DNA of 26,685 nucleotides from Octopus sinensis (GCF_006345805.1 NW_021834781.1:1-26685), one strand, 5' to 3'. Counted from the first letter of the stretch, positions 9,572-20,420 are shown. The notes: generated by a model from the sequence alone, not told the origin. Translations and numbers: made by a program.

Positions 9572-9579
<8 letters not shown>
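9285..9579 (+). mobile_element. Family D tRNA-headed SINE, tail type 2
   Basis: Head and first body part nearly identical to 16198; diverges after CTTTCACCA; ends TCACGTGATCACGTGAT. Confidence 0.9.
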
Positions 9580-9611
<32 letters not shown>

Positions 9612-9933
9612 GTTTGTATAAATATATGTAACTTTAGATTATATATATATATATATGTGTGTAAAAAAGTTGAATTTAGACTTGTCCTTTAATTTGGAGG
9701 TTTCCATAAAAGATTTCTAAAGTTGATTCTTCATATTTTGCTGGTAGTGTGTATACTGCTGTGCATGGATTTTATGTACATATATATATGTATGTGCATA
9801 TTTAAGTATATACATACATACTTATATACATTGATACATATTTATATACACTGAATTTTTTTATATAAAGGTAAAGGTTTCTAACACACATATACACACA
9901 AAAAAACCTCTCGTTACTGGAATTTTGATAATG

Positions 9934-10181
9934 GCCTCCGTGCCGGTGGCATGTAAAAGCACCATCCATTCGTGTCCGCTGCCAGCCTCGCCTGGCACCT
10001 GTGCGGGTGGCATATAAAAAGCACCTACTACACTCTTGGAGTGGTTGGCGTTAGGAAGGGCATCCAGCCGTAGAAACACTGCCAGATCTGACTGGGCCTG
10101 ATGCAGCCTTCTGGCTTCACAGACCCCAGTTGAACCGTCCAACCCATGCTAGCATGGAAAGCGGACACTAAATGATGATGA
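9934..10181 (+). mobile_element. Family A copy
   Basis: One and a half tandem units, conserved 3' block, GAT tail. Confidence 0.92.
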
Positions 10182-10313
10182 ACCAGAGTAAACAAATAGA
10201 TGTTGAATTTTTGGAAAGCTTTTCATACTTTCGTAGTTCCTCACAGTTAGAATCTGTATTGGTTTTCAAGATTCACAACTAGACATTTACCAATGTAAAA
10301 CCATGGATATTAC

Positions 10314-10689
10314 TCTCTCTCTTTACTTGTTTCAGTCATTTGACTGCGGCCATGCTGGAGCACCGCCTTTAGTCGAGCAAATCGACCCTGGGACTTATTC
10401 TTTGTAAGCCCAGTACTTATTCTATCGGTCTCTCTTTTGCCGAACCGCTAAGTGACGGGGACGTAAACACACCAGCATCGGTTGTCAAGCAATGCTAGGG
10501 GGACAAACACAGCAGACACACAAACACACACACATACATATATATACATATATACGACAGGCTTCTTTCAGTTTCCGTCTACCAAATCCACTCACAAGGC
10601 ATTTGCCCAAGATGCCACGCAGTGGGACTGAACCCGGAACCATGTGGTTGGTTAGCAAGCTACTTACCACACAGCCACTCCTGCGCCTA
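10314..10689 (-). mobile_element. Family B SINE with ~30-nt internal deletion
   Basis: CACAAGGCATT joins directly to TGCCCAAGATG, lacking the GGTCGGCCCGGGGCTATAGCAGAAGACACT segment seen at 17641. Confidence 0.93.
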
Positions 10690-10774
10690 TATTAATTATT
10701 ATTGGTATAAATGAGAATTTTAAATTGTAGTAGAAATGCTTCCAGTCTCGTGGCTGTTGGCGATAAACATTATA

Positions 10775-11136
10775 TCTTTTAGTTGTTTCAGACACTGGAC
10801 AGTAGCCATGCTGGGGCACTGCTTTCAAGGGTTCAACAAATTGACCCTAATACTTGTATCTTTCAAACCTGGTACTTATTCTATTAGCCCCCCTCTTGGT
10901 GGGACATAAACCAATACTGGTTGTCCAATGGAAGTGGGAGACAAACAAAAAGAGACACACAAACACAGACACATATGTATACACACACACAGAGATTCTT
11001 TCAGTTTTTGTTTACCAATACCACTCAGCCCAGGGTTAAAGTAGAAGGCTCTTAGCCAAGGTGCCATGTAGTGAGACCGAAATCACAACCATGTGGGCAG
11101 GAAGCAAACTTCTTACCACACAGCCACGCCTGCACC
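10775..11136 (-). mobile_element. Family B-related SINE, old diverged copy
   Basis: GCCATGCTGGGGCACTGC tail block and CTTACCACACAGCCAC head in reverse orientation. Confidence 0.8.
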
Positions 11137-11148
11137 AAAATATTCACA

Positions 11149-11546
11149 GTGCGCAGGAGTGGCTGTGTGGTAAGTAGCTTGCTAACCAACCACATGGTTC
11201 TGGGTTCAGTCCCACTGCGTGGCATCTTGGGCAAGTGTCTTCTGCTATAGCCCCGGGCTGATCAATGCCTTGTAAGTGGATTTGGTAGACGGAAACTGAA
11301 AGAAGCCTGTCGTATATATGTATATATATATGTGTGTGTATGCGTGTGTGTTTGTCCCCCTAGCATTGCTTGACAACCGATGCTGGTGTGTTTACGTCCC
11401 TGTCACTTAGCGGTTCGGCAATAGAGACCAATAGAATAAGTACTAGGCTTACAAAGAATAAGTCCCGGGGTCGATTTGCTCGACTAAAGGCGGTGCTCCA
11501 GCATGGCCGCAGTCAAATGACTGAAACAAGTAAAAGAGTAAAGAGT
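11149..11546 (+). mobile_element. Family B SINE, young full-length copy
   Basis: Full head, microsatellite and tail; head-to-head with the preceding copy. Confidence 0.95.
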
Positions 11547-11581
11547 GCTAAATACTCACTTTCCATTTCATTGAGTGCATT

Positions 11582-11612
<31 letters not shown>

Positions 11613-11780
11613 AATCATCATCAGCATTTTGATGTATGTTTTGTCCTGCTTGCATGGGTTGTGTGAGACTTTGCTGCAGCAGGAATGTTCTATAGCTGGA
11701 TGCCTTTTCAGTCGCTAAACCTTCACCTGTTCCATAGCAAGATAATAATTCACATTGACACTAAATGTCTTTTCAGGAAA
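11613..11780 (-). mobile_element. Family A-related variant, diverged
   Basis: (CAT)n, TGCATGGGTTG and CTATAGCTGGATGCC blocks with a different continuation. Confidence 0.6.
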
Positions 11781-11922
11781 AAGCATGCATATGTCTGTGA
11801 AATAATACTCAGCTTCTTGTTTAGACACAGTAACCTGATGAGAAGATAGTTCAGTTAATTAAACAACAGAAATTCTGTGTGTGTGTGTGTGCATGACAGA
11901 TATATATATATAACATACATAA

Positions 11923-11956
<34 letters not shown>

Positions 11957-13371
11957 GAGAGAGAGAGACATGCTGTGGGATTCTGGACTATTTCTGTCTA
12001 TTAGATTTTATTTACTAGACATGATATGTGCATGCAATTTGATATGCCATGATTTTACATAATGTAAATGATCAGCTCAGATGCATACAGGCACACTCTC
12101 ATACATACACGCAAGCATGTGCAAAATATGCATACACACTCACTCACACATGCATACACACACACACACACGCGTGTATGCACATTAATAGTGCACACAA
12201 ATTTGTGTATTATTAGTGACAGTTATTCAGAGTTATACATGAGGAGAAGGAGAGGAGTTAACAACTGCAGACATATTTATGCGAAAGCAACTGTAATGAG
12301 AATGTTAAAAAAAGGAAGAAAACAAAAAAACAGTAAAATTATTGAATGAGAGAGAGAGAGAAAGAGAGAGAGGGAAACCTTGACAATTTTTATACAAAAA
12401 TATTATGAGTCGAATTAGAAGAGGAAATTGTAGAGCGTCAAACAAATGTCATCCTATCTGTTAAACAAGATTAAATAAATAACTAAAGAACCTAAAGAAC
12501 AAAATAATGATGACGATGATAATAATGATAATAATAATAACAATATTAATAAAAAATAATAATAATAATGATAACCACAATATTTGGATTGTTTATCATA
12601 AAAAATATGTAAGACAAACTAAGAGTCTCAAAAATGAAATAAATCAGTTTTTGTTTGAGGAACCCGGACAACAGGAATATGTTTAAATCTGTCTGCCTGT
12701 CTGTCTTTCTGTCTGTCTGTCTCTCTCTCCCTCTCTCTCATTCTCTCTCTCTCACTAGCTTTCTGTCTATCTTTATATTTATTTATGCTTAGTCACTAAA
12801 ATTCTCTTCTAATCACTCTATGCCGTCATGAAAATACCAGAAAATACAAGAAAATACATTGCTTAATGTTAATTCTAGACGTGTGGCGTCTGAATAAAAA
12901 GGGTAAAATATGAGTTGTTCATGGTTGGAACAGCTTTGATGATAGTTCTTCTCAATCAGGGTTGACTCGGGGCTAAACTAACAACAGAAGCAATTATATC
13001 CACTCATATTTAGATTGGGTGATGTAGAATCGTTATAAAACTGGTCTCTGTTAGAAATTTTAAACATTTTGAGATTTCCACTCTTAGTATTATTGTGGTT
13101 GCTAATCCAGCAGACTCATGATCATAAGTATTCCAGCCATGGCCATTCTTCTTGTTTAGGTGCAGGCATGATTACATTATCTAATGCATTGATAATAGGG
13201 TGTAATTTGAGGGGAATTTCGTTGATAGTTAAACAGTTTGAACAGTCACATTAAAGGCTCCTTCATTATAAACCTTATTGGCTTAATCAAGCAGCTACAT
13301 TGAAAGTCACTTGTTAACTTGTTTTACTTAGATTGAGCAAAATCACAGTATTGGCAGATACTAGTGTCATG

Positions 13372-13570
13372 CAAATGGGACCCATGGCAGTGGCATGTAA
13401 AAGAAACCATTACACTCTGAGTGACTGAAATTAGGAAGGACATCCAGTCATAAAAACCATGCCAAATCAGACTGGAGTTTGGTGTAGCCTTCCAGCTTAC
13501 CAACCCTGGTCAAACCATCCAACCCATGCCAGCATGGACAACAGCTGTTAAATGATGATGATGATGATGA
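13372..13570 (+). mobile_element. Family A copy, diverged
   Basis: TTAGGAAGGACATCCAG, CCAACCCATGCCAGCATGG and a (GAT)n tail. Confidence 0.88.
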
Positions 13571-14675
13571 CAACATACAATAATGTTTAACCTGTTCCAA
13601 TGAAATATAATAAAACTGAAATCTTTCTAGACCTATTGCTGTCCTGCTAAAAATTGGACTCCCTCCTCCATCATGTTCTATATTGAATTAATTTTAATAA
13701 TGAACCTTACATGATTGTCTCCCTTGATTTTCTAATGAGGACTATGGTCATTCAAAAAAAAAAAATTATGCTCATTAACTTTTTTTTTATTTTGGTTCGA
13801 CAATTAAATTTCTTGATTTATTTCATTAAATATGAAAAAAATTAAATTTAAAAAAATTTTTATGTGGTGGGAGCTATTTTCCAGTTTTCATACTGCATCC
13901 ATACATCTCTGGATATTATACACACCCACCAACTAACACCTTTTCCCCACTCCCAAGTTCTTTGTTTCGAAAGTAACAGTCAGGATTGAATAACAATTTT
14001 ATCAGGTTTCAAACTTATTCTACCTAACTTCAAATTTCATGTTCACTCGAGCAGATATCATAAACATTTTCTTGTCATTCTTTTGGATTAAGACATAATA
14101 TCATTGTTTCATTCTATTTTACTTCAACATTTATTATTATTATTATTATTTTTTTTTTTTTTTTTTTAATATTTTTTTTATTTTGCTTTTGCATGCAGAA
14201 AACAGCTAGCAGACTAAAATCTAAAGAATCTATTTATTTGTATTTTGTGTGTCTGCCTTCTTTATTGGATGATTTAAAAAAAACAAAAAAAAAGGAAAAA
14301 AAAAATTCATAGTATGAACGTTATGTAAAACAATGCTCCCAGGATTAACCAGTAGCTTAGTCACGAAATAATCTCCTGCATTGGAAAAACTAGCGACACA
14401 AAAGTAGTTATATGTTTTTTTTGTTTGTATGTGTGTTAGTGTGTGTGTATTTATTTCAGAAATTATTGCTTTGGCTGTCTTTTACTTTTTATTTGTTTGT
14501 TTATTGCTTTATTATTTTTGGTTTTATTTTCTAAGTTTCTACACAAAGTTTAGCATGTTTAGGATTCATTAGAATTGTAGAAAATGGAAAGAAAATACTT
14601 TTTAAAATACATTATTATCATTATTATCCTTATTATCATTGTTGTTGTTGTTATTATTATTATTTTATTATTATT

Positions 14676-15050
14676 GCATTGAGTTCAAATTCTACCAAGG
14701 TCAGCTTTGCCTTTCATCCTTTCAGAGTTGATAAATTAAGTACCAGTCAAGTGCTGGAATCAATATGATCAACCACCCCCCTCCCCTCAAATTCCAGGCC
14801 TTGTACCTAATGCAGAAAGGATTATTATTATTATTATTATTAATTTATAAAGTGGCAAGCTGGTAAAATCATTAGCACACTGGACGAAATGCTTTGTGGC
14901 ATTTTGTTTGTCTTTACATTCTGAGTTCAAATTCTGCTGAGATCAACTTTGCCGTTCACCTTTTCAGGGTTAATAAAATAGGTACCAGTGGAGCACTGGG
15001 GTCAATGTAGCCCTTCCCCTGAAATTTCTGACCTGTGCCAAAATCCCAAA
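14676..15050 (+). mobile_element. Two adjacent family C-related SINEs (14676-14830, 14849-15050) with alternative tails
   Basis: Both have GAGTTCAAATTC (B box) and GCCTTTCATCCTTTC..GATAAATTAAGTACCAG-like cores; their tails differ from the 15618 copy. Confidence 0.8.
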
Positions 15051-15121
15051 CCATTTTTATTCACTAGTCATGTATTACTTCCCATCCTGTTCATATTCTT
15101 TTATCAATTACAAAGTCAACA

Positions 15122-15191
15122 ATGCGGATTACCTGATGTAGATCCTGTGAAAATTATTTCATTATTTTGGATGACATCAGGTAGCCCATGT
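15122..15191. ncRNA. Pre-miRNA-like hairpin (candidate)
   Basis: GGATTACCTGATGTAGATCC pairs with GGATGACATCAGGTAGCCC around a 23-nt AU-rich loop. Unique sequence; no match to miRNAs I recall. Confidence 0.3.
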
Positions 15192-15249
15192 GGTGAATAT
15201 GCTTTGATCGACATAATAATAGACATGTACCCAAAGTTCAAGTAGTTAC

Positions 15250-15313
<64 letters not shown>

Positions 15314-15415
15314 ATAAAAATGGTAAGACAACAAAAGAATGAAAAAGACCTTGATATTATGTAAATAGAGGAATTTACCTGTAAATGTAATATGTGAAAA
15401 TTAATCGGTTGCCAT

Positions 15416-15494
15416 GATAAAACTCTGAGTTTTGGATGCTGAGTTGGAAATCCATGCCGCCATCTCTTCAGTTGATAACTGAAGAGATAGCGGC

Positions 15495-15496
<2 letters not shown>
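15416..15496 (-). other. Degenerate hammerhead motif with a 20-bp fold-back
   Basis: Minus strand CTGAAGA-GATG..CATCC-AAAAC-TCAGA-GTT-TTATC with G12 replaced by A. 15454-15473 and 15477-15496 form an inverted repeat with one mismatch. Confidence 0.5.
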
Positions 15497-15532
<36 letters not shown>

Positions 15533-15540
15533 GCTCACAT

Positions 15541-15960
15541 GATGGGCCTCTTTCAATTTTCATCTACCAAATCCACTCACAAGGCTTTGGTTGGCCCAAA
15601 GCCATAATAGAAGACACAATTAAGGCAGCGAGCTGGCAGAACCGTTAGCACGCCGGGCGAAATGCGTAGCCGTATTTCGTCTGCCGTTACGTTCAGAGTT
15701 CAAATCACGCCAAGGTCGACTTTGCCTTTCATCCTTTCAGGGTCGATAAATTAAGTACCAGTTACGCATTGGGGTCGATGTAATCGACTCAATCCGTTAG
15801 TCTGTCCTTGTTTGTCCCTTCTATGTTTAGCCCCTTGTGGGTAATAAAGAAACATATAATAGAAGACACTTGCCAAAGGTGCCCTGCAGTGGGACAGAAC
15901 TTAGAGAACTATGTGGTGTGGAAGCAAGCTTCTTACCACACAGCCACACCTGTGCCTATT
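15541..15960 (-). mobile_element. Family B 5' half interrupted by a family C insertion
   Basis: B sequence resumes after C with the duplicated ATAATAGAAGACAC. Confidence 0.88.
15618..15855 (+). mobile_element. Family C SINE, full length, 14-bp TSD
   Basis: TSD ATAATAGAAGACAC at 15604-15617 and 15856-15869; B box GAGTTCAAATC; Deu/Nin-like core from memory. Confidence 0.95.
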
Positions 15961-16197
15961 GTCAAGCAGAATCCCCATGCAACAGTGTGTCAAGTCTGTA
16001 TCTTTGAAGTACAGCTGCCATGCATCTGTCAGGCTTCCACACAGTTTCCTACTACCGAAATTCACTTGGCTAGCTTGAGGCTACAGTTAAACACAACATG
16101 TGTAAATGTAAATGCCAAACAGTGGGAATGAAACTGCGATGTTGTGATTACGAAGTGAATTTCTTAACTATTTATTTCTGCTGTATTGCTGGTAAGT

Positions 16198-17105
16198 GGA
16201 GGCGCAATGGCCCAGTGGTTAGGGCAGCGGACTCGCGGTCATAGGATCGCGGTTTCGATTCCCAGACCGGGCGTTGTGAGTGTTTATTGAGCGAAAACAC
16301 CTAAAAGCCCCACGAGGCTCCGGCAGGGGATGGTGGTGATCCCTGCTGTACTCTTTCACCACAACTTTCTCTCTCACTCTTACTTCCTGTTTCTGTTGTA
16401 CCTGTATTTCAAAGGGCCGGCCTTGTCACTCTCTGTGTCATGCCGAATATCCCCGAGAACTACGTTAAGGGTGCATGTGTCTGTGGAGTGCTCAGCCACT
16501 TGCATGTTAATTTCACGAGCAGGCTGTTCCGTCGATTCGGATCAACCGGAACCCTCGTCGTCGTAACTGACGGAGTGCTTCCATCCGAGGCTCCGGCAGG
16601 GGATGGTGGTGATCCCTGCTGTACTCTTTCACCACAACTTTCTCTCACTCTTACTTCCTGTTTCTGTTGTACCTGTATTTCAAAAGGGCCGGCCTTGTCA
16701 CTCTCTGTGTCATGCCGAATATCCCCGAGAACTACGTTAAGGGTACACGTGTCTCTGGAGTGCTCAGCCACTTGCACGTTAATTTCACGAGCAGGCTGTT
16801 CCGTTGATTCAGATCAACCGGAACCCTCGTCGTCGTAACCGATGGAGTGCTTCCACACGTTAATTTCACGAGCAGGCTGTCCCGTTGATTCGGATCAACC
16901 AGAACCCTCGTCGTCGTAACCGATGGAGTGCTTCCACACGTTAATTTCACGAGCAGGCTGTCCCGTTGATTCGGATCAACCGGAACCCTCATCGTCGTAA
17001 TCGATGGAGTGCTTCCACACGTTAATTTCACGAGCAGGCTATCCCGTTAATTCGGATCAACCGGAACCCTCGTCGTCGTAACCGACGGAGTGCTTCCATC
17101 CATCC
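16198..17105 (+). mobile_element. Family D SINE, tail type 1, with reiterated 3' segments and 11-bp TSD
   Basis: A box TGGCCCAGTGG, D-arm GCCC/GGGC, TCG at the anticodon-like position, duplicated ~270-bp body, three 81-bp 3' units, (TCCA)n tail. TSD ATTGCTGGTAA at 16185-16195 and 17106-17116. Confidence 0.95.
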
Positions 17106-17342
17106 ATTGCTGGTAAATAAATAAATCAATTACAGTTTCGTGGATGCCTGCTTTTTTTTTTTTTTATATTTCTGGCAAATCAATAATAGTGTTTATTTCA
17201 CTTATAAAAGCAGACATGTGTTAGTTGAAGATGCTTAGCAATTCACTGGACGTTGATGCTTCGACATATTCGGGCAACAACAACAACAGCAACAGCAACA
17301 AATAAATGTAAAATCATGAACAAGTGCAGCCGTGAAAGATTA

Positions 17343-17757
17343 CTCTTACTCTTTTTACTCTTTTGCTTGTTTCAGTCATTTGACTGCGGCCATGCTGGAG
17401 CACCGCCTTTAATCGAGCAACTCGACCCCGGAACTTATTCTTTTTGTAAGCCCAGTACTTATCCTATCGGTCTCTTTTGCCGAACCGCTAAGTAACGGGG
17501 ACATAAGCACACCAGCATCGGTTGTCAAGCAATGCTAGGGGGACAAACACAGACACACAAACACACACACATATATATATATACATATATACGACGGGCT
17601 TCTTTCAGTTTCCGTCTACCAAATCCACTCACAAGGCATTGGTCGGCCCGGGGCTATAGCAGAAGACACTTGCCCAAGGTGCCACGCAGTGGGACTGAAC
17701 CCGGAACCATGTGGTTGGTTAGCAAGCTACTTACCACACAGCCACTCCTGCGCCTAT
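17343..17757 (-). mobile_element. Family B SINE, young full-length copy
   Basis: Complete reverse-complement match to 7251-7677. Confidence 0.95.
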
Positions 17758-17998
17758 TAGGAAAATGAAATTACAAAAGAATACAAAAAAAAAACCCAAA
17801 AAAACTAGTATAAGTAAAGACAAAAGAGAGGAAAAAAAAGGAAAAGTATTTTAGTGTGACGATGAGAAATACTGTTTATCACTACGTTAATATGACTGTT
17901 CAATGTTACTACCATTTTTAACCCCAGGAAGAGCCTGTTATGGTTGGTTATCGAGGCAATCAGCAGCTGATATATATTGTTTACCAGTGAACGCTTAC

Positions 17999-18090
17999 CA
18001 TCTTCTTGCAGACTGTACAATTTCAGGATATTTGTGTCCATTGTCTGTGGTGTACACCCGTCCACTAAAGATTGCAGGAATTTGCTCCAG
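17999..18090 (-). CDS. Candidate internal exon (E2), 92 nt
   Basis: Donor G|GTAAGC; acceptor TATTACAAG, with an alternative TAG 18 nt upstream. Two open frames: WSKFLQSLVDGCTPQTMDTNILKLYSLQED and LEQIPAIFSGRVYTTDNGHKYPEIVQSARR. GC-richer unique sequence. Confidence 0.4.
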
Positions 18091-18307
18091 CTTGTAATAT
18101 ATTAAAAACTAAAGCAACAATCAGTCACCGATCTTGCACCAAGTAAAGTAGTTAGTTAGAAAAATCTCTATAAGAGATAACAAACACACTTGGCATAAAA
18201 AGAAAAAGAGGAACGAAAGGCCTAATCACCTATTGGTACCAACATCATGCTAGCTTTCATTGCAATCAGTCCAAACACAGGCACTAAGACACACACAAAC
18301 ATATATT

Positions 18308-18478
18308 ATCATCATCATCATCATCATCGTTTAACGTCTGCTTTCCATGCTAGCATGGGTTGGACAATTTTGACTGAGGGCTGGCAAACCAGATGGCTGC
18401 ACCAAGCTCCAATCTTGATCTGGCAGAGTTTCTACAGCTGGATGCCCTTCCTAACGCCAACCACTCCGTGAGTGTAGT
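18308..18478 (-). mobile_element. Family A 3' part
   Basis: (CAT)n, palindrome and conserved block. Confidence 0.92.
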
Positions 18479-18530
18479 TAGCATTACAACTACATATAAA
18501 TATACATTTAAATATGTATATATATATATG

Positions 18531-19090
18531 TGACAGGCTTCTTTCAGTTTCCATCAACCAAATATAATCACAAGGCTTTGGTCCACTTGAGGCTATAGCA
18601 GAAGACACTTGCCCAAGTGCCACACAGTGAGACTGAACCCAGAACCATGTGGGTGGGAAGGAAACTTCTTACCACACAGCCATGACTGTGCCTATATATA
18701 ATATATATAAACACACAGACACACACACACATCACACATATACATATATGACGGGCTTCTTTCAGTTTCCATCTATCAAATCTACTCACAAGGCCCTAGT
18801 CAACCTGAAGCTTTAGTAGAAGACATTCGCCCAAGGTGCCGCACAATGAGACAGTACCCAAAACCATGGCCTTGTAAAGGAAACTTCTTACAACACATCC
18901 ATGCCTGTGCCTATAATATATATATTTACAACGGGCTTCTTTTAATTTCCATCTCCCAGATTCACTCACAAGGCTTTAGTCGACCTGAGTCTATAGTAGA
19001 AGACATTTGCCCAAAGTGTCTCACAATGGGACTGAACCCAGAACCATGTGAATGGGAAGCAGGCTCGTTATTACACAGCCATGACTACAC
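18531..19090 (-). mobile_element. Three tandem family B 5' halves (18531-18694, 18748-18915, 18930-19090)
   Basis: Each runs from GGGCTTCTTT..TTTCCATC to CACAGCCATG; separated by TA/CA microsatellites. Confidence 0.88.
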
Positions 19091-19630
19091 CTTTGTTTAT
19101 TTTCTTATTTGAGAAAAATACAGGATTTGGTGTTTGCATGTGTCTGTGTGTAAGATATTATTATCACCATGGGAATCATAGATTTTGAGATATTTTGGTT
19201 TCTATAATGTGATGCTTTTATTGTGTTATTTTTGCCTTTGTTTCGGTGTTGGTATGATTTCTGTCAGTACTCTGGGAACGGTTCACATTTATGGCAATTT
19301 TCTTCTTAGAATGTATGCTTATTCTTTTTTTTTTCTAGAGAGAATATCATTTGTTTTATGTGAGTTAAACTTGTAACAATCATATTTTTCTTTTGTTCTT
19401 TGAGAAAAATTTGAAGATGGTGGGATAGGTTTATAGATAGATAAGTAGATAGATTGATAGACAGACAGACAAACAAACTGAAGGTAAGGATGGATAATAA
19501 TGGATTATGGATTGTTGGTGGAGAGAAAGAAAGAAAGAAAGAAAGAGAGAATGCATAGTAGGATGAAGTAATGGATTGATAGACAAATAAGTGCATAGTT
19601 GATTGGATAGAAAGATATGAATAAAGAAAT

Positions 19631-19671
<41 letters not shown>

Positions 19672-19677
19672 TTTAAA

Positions 19678-20420
19678 GGGCACCATTCGAGCGTGATTGT
19701 TACCAGCGTCGCCTTACTGGCACCTGTGCTGGTGGCATGTGTAAAAGGATTCGAGCGAGATTGTTGCCAGTACCGCCTGGCTGGCCCCCGTGCCAGTGGC
19801 ACGTAAAAAGCACCCACTATACTCTCGGAGTAGTTGGCGTTAGGAAGGGCATCCAGCTGTAGAAACTCTGCCAAATCAAGATTGGAGACTGGTGCAACCA
19901 TCTGGTTCAACAGCCCTCAGTCAAAATCGTCCAACCCATGCTAGCATGGAAAGCGGACATTAAACGATGATGATGATGATGATGATGATATATATGTATG
20001 TGTGTGTTTCCAGTGCCACCTAATTGGCTCCCATGCCAGTGGAATGTAAAAAGCACCATTTGAGCATGGTCAATGTCAGTGCCAGCTGACTGGTCCTGTC
20101 CTGGTAGCATGTAAAAAGCACTATTTGAGTGAGGTCATTGTCAGTACTGCTTGACTGGCTCCCATGCCTGTGGCACATAAAAAGCACCATTCAAACGTGG
20201 TCAATGCCAGTACTGCCTAACTGGCCCTCATGCTGGTGGCATGTAAAAAGGAACCACAACACACTTGGAGTAGTTGGCAATAAGAAGGGCATCCAGCTGT
20301 AGAATCTTTGCCAGATCAGATTGGAGCCTGGTCCAGCCTTCTGGCTTGCAAGCCCTCATGCAAACCGTCCAACCCATGCCAGCATGAAAAGTGGATGTTA
20401 AACGACGATGACGATGATGT
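19678..20420 (+). mobile_element. Two tandem family A copies (19678-19988, 20010-20420)
   Basis: Each has 2-4 tandem units, the conserved block and a GAT tail. Confidence 0.9.

Noticed and set aside
13711-13741. 31-nt minus-strand micro-exon candidate (CATAG..CAT|GTAAGG)
   Set aside because: Such short signal pairs are common by chance in AT-rich DNA, and it does not improve either reading frame.
14320-14375. Minus-strand acceptor GTTTTTCCAATGCAG followed by DYFVTKLLVNPGSIVLHN
   Set aside because: No convincing donor. It could be an alternative terminal exon, but the sequence alone cannot support it.
16198-16275. Possible tRNA gene, also at 9285
   Set aside because: The D-arm is present but acceptor and T stems do not close, and the sequence continues into a SINE body.
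16856-17098. CRISPR-like appearance of the 81-bp and ~60-bp arrays
   Set aside because: No unique spacers; the units are contiguous parts of SINEs; eukaryotic context with no cas genes.
17999-18030. LYSLQEDGVSLN resembles the TLDc-domain start motif
   Set aside because: The resemblance is short, spans a hypothetical junction, and the rest of the domain is absent; an HMM search would be needed.
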